Shown here: positions 47,462 through 56,258 of the stretch, piece after piece | How positions within the stretch are numbered: position 1 is the first letter of the stretch | How the letters are laid out: the number at the start of each line of letters is the position of its first letter | NCBI GenBank assembly: GCA_013298775.1 | Contig: JAAFIV010000008.1 | Location: forward strand, 31,028-95,027 | DNA from: Ignavibacteria bacterium | GTDB lineage: Bacteria > Bacteroidota > Ignavibacteria > Kapaibacteriales > UBA4661 | Direction of reading: 5' to 3' | Length of the DNA: 64,000 bases | Notes under the pieces: model-generated | The model's database searches: none | Seen by the model: only the letters and a program-made list of their open reading frames with translations | What the model was told of the DNA's origin: nothing | Position numbers and translations under genes: made by a program

Positions 47462-48544
47462 TCACATCACAAACGGTAATTTCACTATCTCCAAGCGTTC
47501 TGCATAGCCAGAAGTACCATCCTCCAACGCCGCATCAATACTCGCTCCTGGATTTGCAAAGGCAGTGCGAATATAGCCGAGCGCAATATATTTCTGAAGC
47601 TCTGGCGAATAGGTGCTGCTCGTAACGCCGCCAATATCAGTGCGCTTGCCATCCGTTTCATCGAAAAAGCGGGCATTTGGGGGAATTGCTTTATCGCTCA
47701 CAACACCTGAAAGCCGCACCTTTACTTTATTGTAGGTGTCCAAACGGGCAATCACTTCCTGCCCGATGTAGCATCCTTTTTTGAAATCCACTAAGCCCAC
47801 CAAACCTGCTTCGAGCGGATTTCGCTCGTCCGTCCATTCCGCGCCATGTTTGCCCCATGCCGCTTCAATCCTGAGTGTTTCAAAGGTTTCTGCATCAATT
47901 TCACAGACACCATTCTCAGCATTTTCTGATAATCCCCGCAAAAGCTCATAAACACTCGCTTCCACAGCACGAGGGAAATGTAGCACATAGCAATATCCGC
48001 ACAACGGAGCTTGCTTGATAATCGTACAAGGAATACTGCTGAGGAGCGCGTCTTTCCACGCATTGTGGCGAAAATCTTGTAATTTTAATCCCGTCAATTC
48101 TTCCAAAAGCTGCTGGCTTCGCGCCCCAAAGATGAGTATTGATGCGTACTCTGGGCTACCATCCTGCGCAACTGCATCTTCAATGAACGTGTATTTATCC
48201 AACCATGCCGCCGCTTTCGCACCAAAACCTGCGGAAAAAAGCATTTGCAAATATGCTGGAGAAGTACCATTTTGTGCGGCTTCCGGGCGAGCGAGAATCG
48301 TAAAAACATCAATAATTCGTGCTTTGTCGGTGAGCAAGATATTTTGCACGCCAACGCCTTCGCTTTGCAACGACACTTGCTCTGGAGAACTGATATTTAC
48401 TGGGTTTGCGAGCTTTGTTACGTCATTCGTGGTGAGGCGTTGCAAAAGGTCGAGCATATCTTTGCCGCGCCCAAGCACGGTATCAAGCGGGTATGCGCAC
48501 CAAGCAACGCTGTTTTTTGCAATGTCGTAGTGAGATTGATTCAT
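47462..48544 (-). CDS. ygfZ: YgfZ/GcvT-family folate-binding protein
   Basis: DLLQRLTTNDV, ETLRIEAAW, signature KGCYIGQEVIARL. Confidence 0.9.
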   Translation of the reverse strand: MNQSHYDIAKNSVAWCAYPLDTVLGRGKDMLDLLQRLTTNDVTKLANPVNISSPEQVSLQSEGVGVQNILLTDKARIIDVFTILARPEAAQNGTSPAYLQMLFSAGFGAKAAAWLDKYTFIEDAVAQDGSPEYASILIFGARSQQLLEELTGLKLQDFRHNAWKDALLSSIPCTIIKQAPLCGYCYVLHFPRAVEASVYELLRGLSENAENGVCEIDAETFETLRIEAAWGKHGAEWTDERNPLEAGLVGLVDFKKGCYIGQEVIARLDTYNKVKVRLSGVVSDKAIPPNARFFDETDGKRTDIGGVTSSTYSPELQKYIALGYIRTAFANPGASIDAALEDGTSGYAERLEIVKLPFVM

Positions 48545-48735
48545 GGCGTGAGAAGTGGAAATATGTGGTGAAAATGTGTGGTGAACGTGAAGGAAAATAA
48601 TTCGCGGACGGCAAGCGTATTTTTCATAATTTTGACGTTCTCTTTTGTAAATTATTGCGAGAAAATACCGTTTCCAAACACATTCCTCCAAAGGTGTTTT
48701 TCTCACAATCTTTCCCCCAACAACCGTAGTATTTC

Positions 48736-50451
48736 ATGCTTCAGCAACTCACTGTCCGCAATTTTACTCTCATTGAAGAACTCGACCTCAACTTTGGGCG
48801 TGGCTTAAACATTATCACGGGCGAAACTGGTGCCGGAAAATCTATCATCGTGGATGCGTTGCTGCTGCTCTTCGGCGAGCGTGGTTCGGCGGAGTACGTC
48901 CGCAAAGGCGCACCCAAGGCGGTGATTGAAGGAACATTTTCGATTGTCAAAAATAAACTTTTAGCCGAGTTTTTGGAACAAAACGATATTGAGCGAAATG
49001 GCGATGAACTCATGCTCCGCCGCGAGATTTCCGAAAAAGGCACCTCGCGCTCCTTTGTGAACGATACGCCCGCGCCGCTCAATATCATGCGAGATTTAGG
49101 TGCGTTACTCGTGGATTTTCACGGTCAGCACGAGCATCAATCCTTGCTTCGCGCGGAATCGCACGTGAATTTTATTGATAATTTTGAAGGCGTTGCTCCC
49201 GCGCTTGCCGCCTATCAAGCGGAATTTCAGGCATTGAAAACATCCATTCAAGAGCGCAGCGACCTCGCTTCACGCGAGCGCACGCTTGCCGAGCAGTCGG
49301 AATTTCGCCGTTTTCAGTTGGAGGAAATTGACCAATTAAAGCCAGAGCGCGGCGAAGAAGAGGCGTTGGAGCAGGAACTTTCCTTGCGCGAGAACGCCGA
49401 GCAGTTGCACGACCTCACATACCGCTTGGCTGCTTTGCTCTACGATGAGGAAGATTCCGTGCGCGACCGCTTGGCATCGGCGAAAAACATTTTAGAGGAA
49501 TTGGCAAATATTGACCGCGAATTTACTGAATACGGCGCGGAATGCCGCTCTGCGATTGCGATTGTAGGCGAGATTGCCAAATTTGCCCAAGCATACCGCG
49601 AAAACATTGAGTTCCAGCCCGAACGCTTGGAAGAAATTCGCTACCGATTGCAGCAATTAAGCCGTTTGCGGAAGAAATACGGTTCGTGGGACGAGCTGTT
49701 TGCAAAATGGGACGATTTGAAGCGCGATGCAGAACTTTCGGAAAATTTCGATGCCGCTCTCGAGCGCATCAGTGCTGAGATTGAAGCCACACGCGACCGC
49801 TTGGCAAAAAGCGCGGAAAAACTCTCCAAAAAACGCCGCACCATTGCTGACCGCGTAGAAAAAACGATTATTTCGACCTTGCAAACGCTCGGAATGCCGC
49901 ATATTCGCTTTGCTGTGAACTTCGCCCGCGAACTTGCTATTCCTGGAACAAGTGAAAGTGAATTGTACGCGACATTGGACGCAGAGCGCATCGTTGCTTA
50001 TCCCAACGGCACAGAGAAGGTTGAATTTCTCATTGCCGCCAATCCGGGCGAGGAACTCAAACCGATGGCGCGTATCGCCTCTGGCGGCGAGATTTCCCGC
50101 GTGATGCTGGCTTTGAAAGCCGCTCTCGCCGAATCCGACCGCTTGCCAATGATGGTGTTTGATGAAATTGACACGGGTATTAGCGGGCGCATTGCCCAGA
50201 AGGTCGGTAAAACCATGCGCGAACTGGCAAAGCATCCGCAAATTATCGCTATTACGCACCAGCCGCAAATTGCCGCTTTTGCCAATACGCATATCATGGT
50301 GGAAAAGCGTCAAACCAGCACCAGCACACGCATTTCCGCCGTTGTTCTCAGCGACGACGAGCGCGTCTATGAAGTGGCACGTTTGCTCTCTGGCGAGGAA
50401 ATCACCAATGCTGCCTTGCAAAGCGCACGGGAGCTCGTCGAAGGACATTGA
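48736..50451 (+). CDS. recN: DNA repair protein RecN
   Basis: GETGAGKSIIVDAL, DFHGQHEHQSL, coiled coil, ASGGEISRVMLA, VFDEIDTGISG, ITHQPQIAA. Confidence 0.97.
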   Translation: MLQQLTVRNFTLIEELDLNFGRGLNIITGETGAGKSIIVDALLLLFGERGSAEYVRKGAPKAVIEGTFSIVKNKLLAEFLEQNDIERNGDELMLRREISEKGTSRSFVNDTPAPLNIMRDLGALLVDFHGQHEHQSLLRAESHVNFIDNFEGVAPALAAYQAEFQALKTSIQERSDLASRERTLAEQSEFRRFQLEEIDQLKPERGEEEALEQELSLRENAEQLHDLTYRLAALLYDEEDSVRDRLASAKNILEELANIDREFTEYGAECRSAIAIVGEIAKFAQAYRENIEFQPERLEEIRYRLQQLSRLRKKYGSWDELFAKWDDLKRDAELSENFDAALERISAEIEATRDRLAKSAEKLSKKRRTIADRVEKTIISTLQTLGMPHIRFAVNFARELAIPGTSESELYATLDAERIVAYPNGTEKVEFLIAANPGEELKPMARIASGGEISRVMLALKAALAESDRLPMMVFDEIDTGISGRIAQKVGKTMRELAKHPQIIAITHQPQIAAFANTHIMVEKRQTSTSTRISAVVLSDDERVYEVARLLSGEEITNAALQSARELVEGH

Positions 50452-50516
50452 GGAAAGGATGAAACTTGAGCGTAACGCTCAAGGAGGGCTGAGGGTTGAA
50501 AAGTACGTGAGCTTGC

Positions 50517-50544
50517 AATAAATAAATAAATAAATAAATAAATA
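50517..50544. repeat. (AATA)n microsatellite abutting a MITE-like element
   Basis: aataaataaataaataaataaataaata directly before actcacc. Confidence 0.85.
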
Positions 50545-50690
50545 ACTCACCTTACGCAAAAGACCCTCACCCAACCCTCTCCCAGAGGGAGAGGGCTTCA
50601 GAGCTAGTCTCCACCAACCCTCGCCCTCTGGGAGAGGGTCTCGCGCAGCGAGGGGTGAGGGCGGCGTGAGAGTTTGCGTGTAAGGTGAAT
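50544..50690. mobile_element. MITE-like palindromic element, second copy of the 11503-11653 core
   Basis: aactcaccttacgc...ccctcacccaaccctctcccagagggagaggg...gggagagggtctcgcgcagcgaggggtgaggg...gtaaggtgaat; nearly identical to the 11.5-kb copy. Confidence 0.8.
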
Positions 50691-50900
50691 AAATAATTGT
50701 AATTGTTCAGGTCTTCCCGTCGGGCGGCTCACGCGAAGCGCAGAGTACAGGAACGCTGCCGTCCGGCGGGTGCGTCGCTTGTACAGCACTCACTGGACGG
50801 GCTACTGTGCTTGTGATAACAGCCGCCCGACGAGATAGTACCTGACTAGTTACAAATAATTTCCGTTACTCCATTTTTTGTGCATTCCAAAAACAATACC

Positions 50901-53042
50901 ATGCCTACAACACCTGTTTTGACGCGCCTTCTCTGCTTTTTTTGCTTCTGCTTCTTTCTCAGTGAAAGTGCTTCGATATTTGCACAAGGAAAAAGCAAAA
51001 AATCGAAAACTCCTTCGCAGGAAGCACCCGTAGAAGCCGCACCAGTCGTTGCTCCACAGATATTTACGCTCAAAAACGGCTTACAGGTATTGCTTTTTGA
51101 AGACCCTTCGCAGCGCGATTTAACTCTCCGTCTCAACTTTGCAGGCGGCATGGCGGCTGATTTGCAGGATAAGGAAGGCACAGCAGAAATGCTGGCAGAA
51201 TGGCTCAATTTCAACGCAAAAACGAGCATTACCGAAGTTGTGCCGCCGCTCGACACCGCGCAAACCCGCTTCAATGCCGCCGCTACACCCGATGCAATTA
51301 CCATCACGCTGCGCGGCGCATCAAATCGCTTTCCCACGCTTGTCACCTTGCTTGTAGAGGCGGCATCTGCGCCCGTGTTTTTGCGTGCCGATATGGAAAC
51401 CCTGCGCGAGCAAGTTCTGACGCGGGTTCTGACGGCGCAGCATAGCGTCGAGTATTTGATTGATGCAATGTCGGCACGAGTGCTTTTGGGTGATTATCAT
51501 CCATACGCCCGTAGAGCTGGTGAAACCTCGCTTTCCGCGCTCACCATTAACGAAATAAAAGATTTTCACGCGCTCTTTTTCTTGCCCAATAACGCCTCAC
51601 TCGCCGTCATTGGCGGTATGAGCAAAAAAGAGCTATTGCCTCTGCTTGAAAAAGCGTTTAAGAACTGGAAATCAGGCGTTATCCCGCGTTTCCCCGATTT
51701 AACCCCGCGCCCATTGCCGCAAGGTATTTATCTTGTAGAAGCTCCGAAAGCACGATATATCCGCGCGGGGCGCGTCATTGCTGGCTTGTACACGCCTATT
51801 GATACGACCAAAGCCAGCGATTCCACCGCAAAAATTTTCCCTGCAACCGTCTTTGCCTCGCTCGGCGCACCTGTTGGCGCATTCGACGAGGAAGCGATGT
51901 TGCAAACCTTGCCCAAACCAGAAAAATGGTATCTGCCGAATAAGTTCGCCACACGCCTGATTCCAAGCGTGATTGCGCCATTTTCAGGATTTGAAAAACT
52001 CATTGGGCGTATTGCCAGAGGAGAAAATCCAGCACAAGACCAGATGCCAACCGATTCTACGTTTGCTTCACGCCAAAGCGAGGACGAACGCCGCGTTCAA
52101 GCAATGCTGGACTCCGTTCACATCCGCGCAGAGCTGCTCCAAAGCGGCTTGGTGAACAACATCACGCCTGAATACTTGCTCGCCGCTCCGCAGCGCGTGA
52201 AAGCAACAACCTTTTCGGATGTACGCGAAACGGCAAAAAAATATCTCGGTACGGCACGGCTTACGATGATTGTTGTGGGCGCACCAGAGGCGTTGAACCC
52301 GCTTGTGGGCTTGGGTGTAGCACAGTCGCGCGTGGTCTATCGCTATTCTGACGCGTTGGAGCCGATTATGACGTTTGAAAAAACGGAATTTAATTTGCAA
52401 GAAATTGTCCAGAAACACGCACAGGCACTGGGCGGAACGACGGCAGTTGCGTCGTTGCAATCGCTTGTGGCTACGTCGGAATTGCAGCTTTCGGCAATGG
52501 GACAGAAATTTCCAGGAAGTATTGTTACCAAACATAAAGCTCCGAATAAAATTTCGCGTATTCTCGAAATCCCTGCAACCCAGATGCTGCAAGCTCTCTG
52601 GTGCGACGGCGCGAAAGCATTTGATAAAATTGAAATGATGGGCAATGAACAGCCCTTGCAACAACGCCAAGCAAAAGAAATCGAAAGTGCGCTCTTTGAT
52701 GCACAAATTTTCCCGCTTCTTTCCCTGCATTCATGCGGCTTCACGGCGGAATTGCTTGGAAAACGTGAAGGGCAAATTGTGATAAAAGCAAGCGCGGCAA
52801 GCGGTACCACCAAAACGCTTATGCTAGATGAAACCACAATGCTCTTGTCGAAGATTGAGGAAATGCGCCAAACACCGCAGGGAATTATCAAATCGGTGCA
52901 AGAATTTCGAGACTACGAGCGGGTTGGCGGGGTGCAGCTTCCGAGCGTGATTGTACTGCGCACAGGACCTGGCACGCTGATTGGCAAAACAAAATATCAG
53001 CTCAATCCCGATATTAGCGATAATGAATTTTTGCCGAAGTAA
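50901..53042 (+). CDS. M16 (insulinase) family inactive-subunit-like protein with a C-terminal LolA/DUF620-like domain
   Basis: Signal peptide; TLKNGLQV; EGTAEMLAEWL in place of HXXEH; HPYA; FHALFFLPNNASLAVIG; C-terminal IVQKHAQALGG... Confidence 0.75.
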   Translation: MPTTPVLTRLLCFFCFCFFLSESASIFAQGKSKKSKTPSQEAPVEAAPVVAPQIFTLKNGLQVLLFEDPSQRDLTLRLNFAGGMAADLQDKEGTAEMLAEWLNFNAKTSITEVVPPLDTAQTRFNAAATPDAITITLRGASNRFPTLVTLLVEAASAPVFLRADMETLREQVLTRVLTAQHSVEYLIDAMSARVLLGDYHPYARRAGETSLSALTINEIKDFHALFFLPNNASLAVIGGMSKKELLPLLEKAFKNWKSGVIPRFPDLTPRPLPQGIYLVEAPKARYIRAGRVIAGLYTPIDTTKASDSTAKIFPATVFASLGAPVGAFDEEAMLQTLPKPEKWYLPNKFATRLIPSVIAPFSGFEKLIGRIARGENPAQDQMPTDSTFASRQSEDERRVQAMLDSVHIRAELLQSGLVNNITPEYLLAAPQRVKATTFSDVRETAKKYLGTARLTMIVVGAPEALNPLVGLGVAQSRVVYRYSDALEPIMTFEKTEFNLQEIVQKHAQALGGTTAVASLQSLVATSELQLSAMGQKFPGSIVTKHKAPNKISRILEIPATQMLQALWCDGAKAFDKIEMMGNEQPLQQRQAKEIESALFDAQIFPLLSLHSCGFTAELLGKREGQIVIKASAASGTTKTLMLDETTMLLSKIEEMRQTPQGIIKSVQEFRDYERVGGVQLPSVIVLRTGPGTLIGKTKYQLNPDISDNEFLPK

Positions 53043-53049
53043 AAAATTA

Positions 53050-53201
53050 TAGGACTTTTGCAAATGGCGCAGACAGGAGTGTCTGCGCTACCATCTGAAC
53101 GAGATTTCATACGACTTCAGTAGAACAGACACTCTTGTCTGTTCCATACAATCTGTTCCATACAATCTGTTCCATACAATGAGTATGTTGCGAAAGTCCT
53201 A
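53050..53201. repeat. REPIN with outer IR containing a 14-bp tandem repeat x3
   Basis: taggacttttgcaa...ttgcgaaagtccta; tctgttccatacaa x3 at 53138-53179. Confidence 0.9.
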
Positions 53202-53240
53202 CATCAATCACCATACATTTTTCTTTTTCAAGGTCTTCCA

Positions 53241-54044
53241 ATGATGATACTCGATATTGATAACTACTGGCTTACATGGTCATTACTCATGACGTTTATC
53301 TCCGTGCGCTATGGCGTGATTGCAGGTGTATTTTTTCTGTGGTGGTACATTGTACGCCGCGAAAAATGGGCGACGCGGAAAATTCAGCAAAAATATCCCG
53401 CCAAGCAAGATTACAAGCGGGAAATTGGCTATTCGGTACTCACATTTCTCATCTTTGCAACAATCGCTTCCATTGTGTATTTGCCAAAAGTGCATCCCTA
53501 TACGCAAGTTCACCGCGACGTAAGTGAGATTGTTGGTGCGAACACTGCTCTGCAAGCCGCATACTGGCTTGGTGGCGTAGTGATGATGCTGTTCGTTCAC
53601 GATGTGTATTTTTACTTCATGCACCGCATTGTGCATCGCAAAAAAATCTATCCGATTGTCCACAAAGTGCATCATCTCTCGCATAATCCCACGCCGTTTA
53701 CTGCCTTTGCGTTTCATCCTTTCGAGGCACTGACAGAGTTTCTCATTTTCCCCATCATTGCCTTCACCATTCCGCATACAATCGGCATGATAGCCACGTG
53801 GCTGGGGCTGATGACGCTTTACAACGCCTACGGACACTTAGGTTTTGAGCTGTATCCGAAGGATTTCCACAAACATTGGTTGGGGAAATGGATAAATACG
53901 TCGGTAAATCACAATATGCACCACAAGTACGCAACCAGTAACTACGGGCTATACACGCTGATTTGGGACAGACTCTTTGGTACAATTCATGCGAAATACG
54001 ATGAAACCTTCGAGGAAGTATCGGCGCGAAAGCAGGTAGTGTAG
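53241..54044 (+). CDS. Sterol desaturase / fatty-acid hydroxylase family protein
   Basis: TM helices; His boxes HDVYFYFMHRIVH, HKVHH, HNMHH; NYGLYTLIWDRLFGT. Confidence 0.92.
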   Translation: MMILDIDNYWLTWSLLMTFISVRYGVIAGVFFLWWYIVRREKWATRKIQQKYPAKQDYKREIGYSVLTFLIFATIASIVYLPKVHPYTQVHRDVSEIVGANTALQAAYWLGGVVMMLFVHDVYFYFMHRIVHRKKIYPIVHKVHHLSHNPTPFTAFAFHPFEALTEFLIFPIIAFTIPHTIGMIATWLGLMTLYNAYGHLGFELYPKDFHKHWLGKWINTSVNHNMHHKYATSNYGLYTLIWDRLFGTIHAKYDETFEEVSARKQVV

Positions 54045-54065
54045 TAGAGTAGGACATGTTACAAT

Positions 54066-54112
54066 AAGAAAGCCGTATTTACGCGCTCCGTGCGCATAAA
54101 TACGGCTTTCTT
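54066..54112 (+). terminator. Long hairpin / terminator after the desaturase gene
   Basis: aagaaagccgtattta-cgcgctccgtgcgca-taaatacggctttctt. Confidence 0.7.
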
Positions 54113-54554
54113 GTTTGCACGTTGTGTGCTTGAAATATATCCGCCAAAGCTGTTGTGATGAGGCTTTGAGATTGTTTTGTTTGCGTCGTTATGAGGCAGC
54201 TTTCCTGCGTTAGGCAGCTTTCTTTTTGCCTTTTTTCTGACGACGTTTGCCGTACGAGCCAGCATAGATTTTACCGCGACGAGAGCGGCGATCGCCTTTA
54301 CCCATGATAGTCATTCAATAAAAGTGGAACATTGTGTTGATTGTGTATTGATTGCTGACCGACAAGATACAATTTTCGCACCACTCGCGCAAGCATTTCC
54401 CGAATGTATTTGAGCGCAGCCTGAGGGCATCGTGAGCGCGTCATGAGCGCAATATCTGGAAAGGTTTTTCTTGGTGAAATGCGCACCATTGCGTACATTC
54501 GTGGCTTGGGTGCAGACAAATTTTTTCTTCTTTTTCATCTTTATTGCTTGCTGT

Positions 54555-56018
54555 ATGTTTTCAAAAATTTTGATTGCCAATCGCGGTGAAATCGCGCTTC
54601 GAGTGATTCGCACCTGCAAAAAAATGGGCGTGAAGACTGTTGCAATTTACTCCGATGCCGACCAACGCTCGCTTCACGTGCAAGAAGCTGATGAAGCCGT
54701 TGCAATTGGCGGTTTTACGCCTCGCGAAAGCTATTTGGTGATGGAAAAAGTGCTGGATGCGGCAATCAAAACAGGTGCAGAAGCAATTCATCCTGGGTAT
54801 GGATTTTTATCGGAAAACCACGTATTTGCACGGCGTGTGAAGGAAGCAGGATTAGTGTTTATTGGTCCATCGCCAGAGGCAATTGAACAACTCGGCGACA
54901 AAACCGCCGCTCGCGCTCTTGCCGAAACAGCAAATGTACCCTTTGCATCTGGCTCCACAAGCGCAGTTGCGTCCTTCGAGGAAGTGCGCCAATATGCAGA
55001 AAAAATCGGCGTTCCTGTCATTTTGAAAGCGGCGGCTGGCGGTGGAGGCAAGGGAATGCGTGTGGTGTACGATATGGCAGATTTAGAGTCAGCCCTCGCG
55101 GGCGCACAGGGAGAGGCTTTGACGGCATTTGGCGATAACCGTGTTTTCATTGAAAAATACATTGTGCAGCCACGCCACATTGAAATTCAAATCCTCGCCG
55201 ATGCGCATGGAACGGTGCTGTATTTCCCTGAGCGCGAATGCTCTATCCAACGCCGCCACCAGAAAGTGATTGAAGAATCACCCTCGACTGCCATTACGCC
55301 CGAACTTCGCAAAGCTATGGGCGAAGCGGCTTCCCGCCTTGTTCAAGCCTCGAATTACACCAATGCTGGAACGCTGGAGTTTTTGCTTGATGCCAAAGGA
55401 AATTTCTATTTCATGGAAGTAAACACACGCCTCCAAGTGGAACACCCTGTAACCGAGATGGTTACTGGCGTGGACTTGGTTGAGCATCAATTACGCATTG
55501 CTTCGGGCGAGAAACTTTCCTTGAAGCAAGCAGACCTCACCCCGCGTGGTCATGCGATTGAATGCCGTATTTGTGTGGAAGATGTCTATAACGATTTCTT
55601 CCCCGATTCTGGCGTAATCTCGTACTTGTCCTTGCCCGAAGCGGACTATATCCGCAATGAATCTGCGCTGTACGTCGGCTACGAAAGCGGTATTCACTAC
55701 GATTCGATGGCAGCAAAGCTCATTGTTTGGGGCAATGACCGCCACGAAGCTATTGAGCGCACACTTCACGCACTGCGAAATTATCACCTTGCAGGCTTCA
55801 ATACCACGATTCCCTTTTGCCTCTTCGCGCTTGATTCCGAGCCATTTCGCTCGGGCAATTACTCCACTTTTTTCGTGCAAGAACAGTGGCGCAAGCAAGT
55901 CCCTGACGCAATGCAGAATCTCATTGCCGCCGCTGCCGCCTACACCCGTACACACTTGGATTCACGCCGCACACCGCAATTTTCTTCCGATAGTTTGTGG
56001 GCAGGAAATGCACGGTGA
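54555..56018 (+). CDS. accC: Biotin carboxylase subunit (acetyl/propionyl-CoA carboxylase), no fused BCCP
   Basis: KILIANRGEIA, IHPGYGFLSEN, KAAAGGGGKGMR, RECSIQRRHQK, EVNTRLQVEHPVTE. Confidence 0.93.
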   Translation: MFSKILIANRGEIALRVIRTCKKMGVKTVAIYSDADQRSLHVQEADEAVAIGGFTPRESYLVMEKVLDAAIKTGAEAIHPGYGFLSENHVFARRVKEAGLVFIGPSPEAIEQLGDKTAARALAETANVPFASGSTSAVASFEEVRQYAEKIGVPVILKAAAGGGGKGMRVVYDMADLESALAGAQGEALTAFGDNRVFIEKYIVQPRHIEIQILADAHGTVLYFPERECSIQRRHQKVIEESPSTAITPELRKAMGEAASRLVQASNYTNAGTLEFLLDAKGNFYFMEVNTRLQVEHPVTEMVTGVDLVEHQLRIASGEKLSLKQADLTPRGHAIECRICVEDVYNDFFPDSGVISYLSLPEADYIRNESALYVGYESGIHYDSMAAKLIVWGNDRHEAIERTLHALRNYHLAGFNTTIPFCLFALDSEPFRSGNYSTFFVQEQWRKQVPDAMQNLIAAAAAYTRTHLDSRRTPQFSSDSLWAGNAR

Positions 56019-56059
56019 AGGTACGAGCATTGTGGAGAATTCCCATAAAAATATCAAAC

Positions 56060-56095
56060 AAAAAAGCCTGAATGCCGCATGGATTCAGGCTTTTT
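56060..56095. terminator. Bidirectional intrinsic terminator
   Basis: A6-gcctgaat-gccgcatgg-attcaggc-T5. Confidence 0.8.
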
Positions 56096-56125
56096 CTTGA
56101 GGCTTTGGTAAAATGCTGGTTTTCT

Positions 56126-56258
56126 GGCACAGACAAGAGTGTCTGTGCTACCGAAGACACGTACAATCTGCATCACGTGGTAGCGCGTAACACTCCTGTC
56201 TGCGGCATTTGCGAAAATCCTATTTCTATAATCGTTTCTATAATCGTTTCTATAATCG
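56126..56258. repeat. REPIN followed by a 12-bp tandem repeat x3
   Basis: ggcacagacaagagtgtctgtgctac...ggtagcgcgtaacactcctgtctgcggcatttgcgaaaatccta; tttctataatcg x3 at 56223-56258. Confidence 0.85.

Noticed and set aside
53190-53201. gaaagtcc resembling the RNase P RNA 5' motif
   Set aside because: It is the outer inverted repeat of the REPIN family and recurs at other REPINs.
54059-54265. 68-aa basic ORF on the minus strand
   Set aside because: No recognisable motif; its 3' end is encoded by the terminator hairpin. Cannot be supported.
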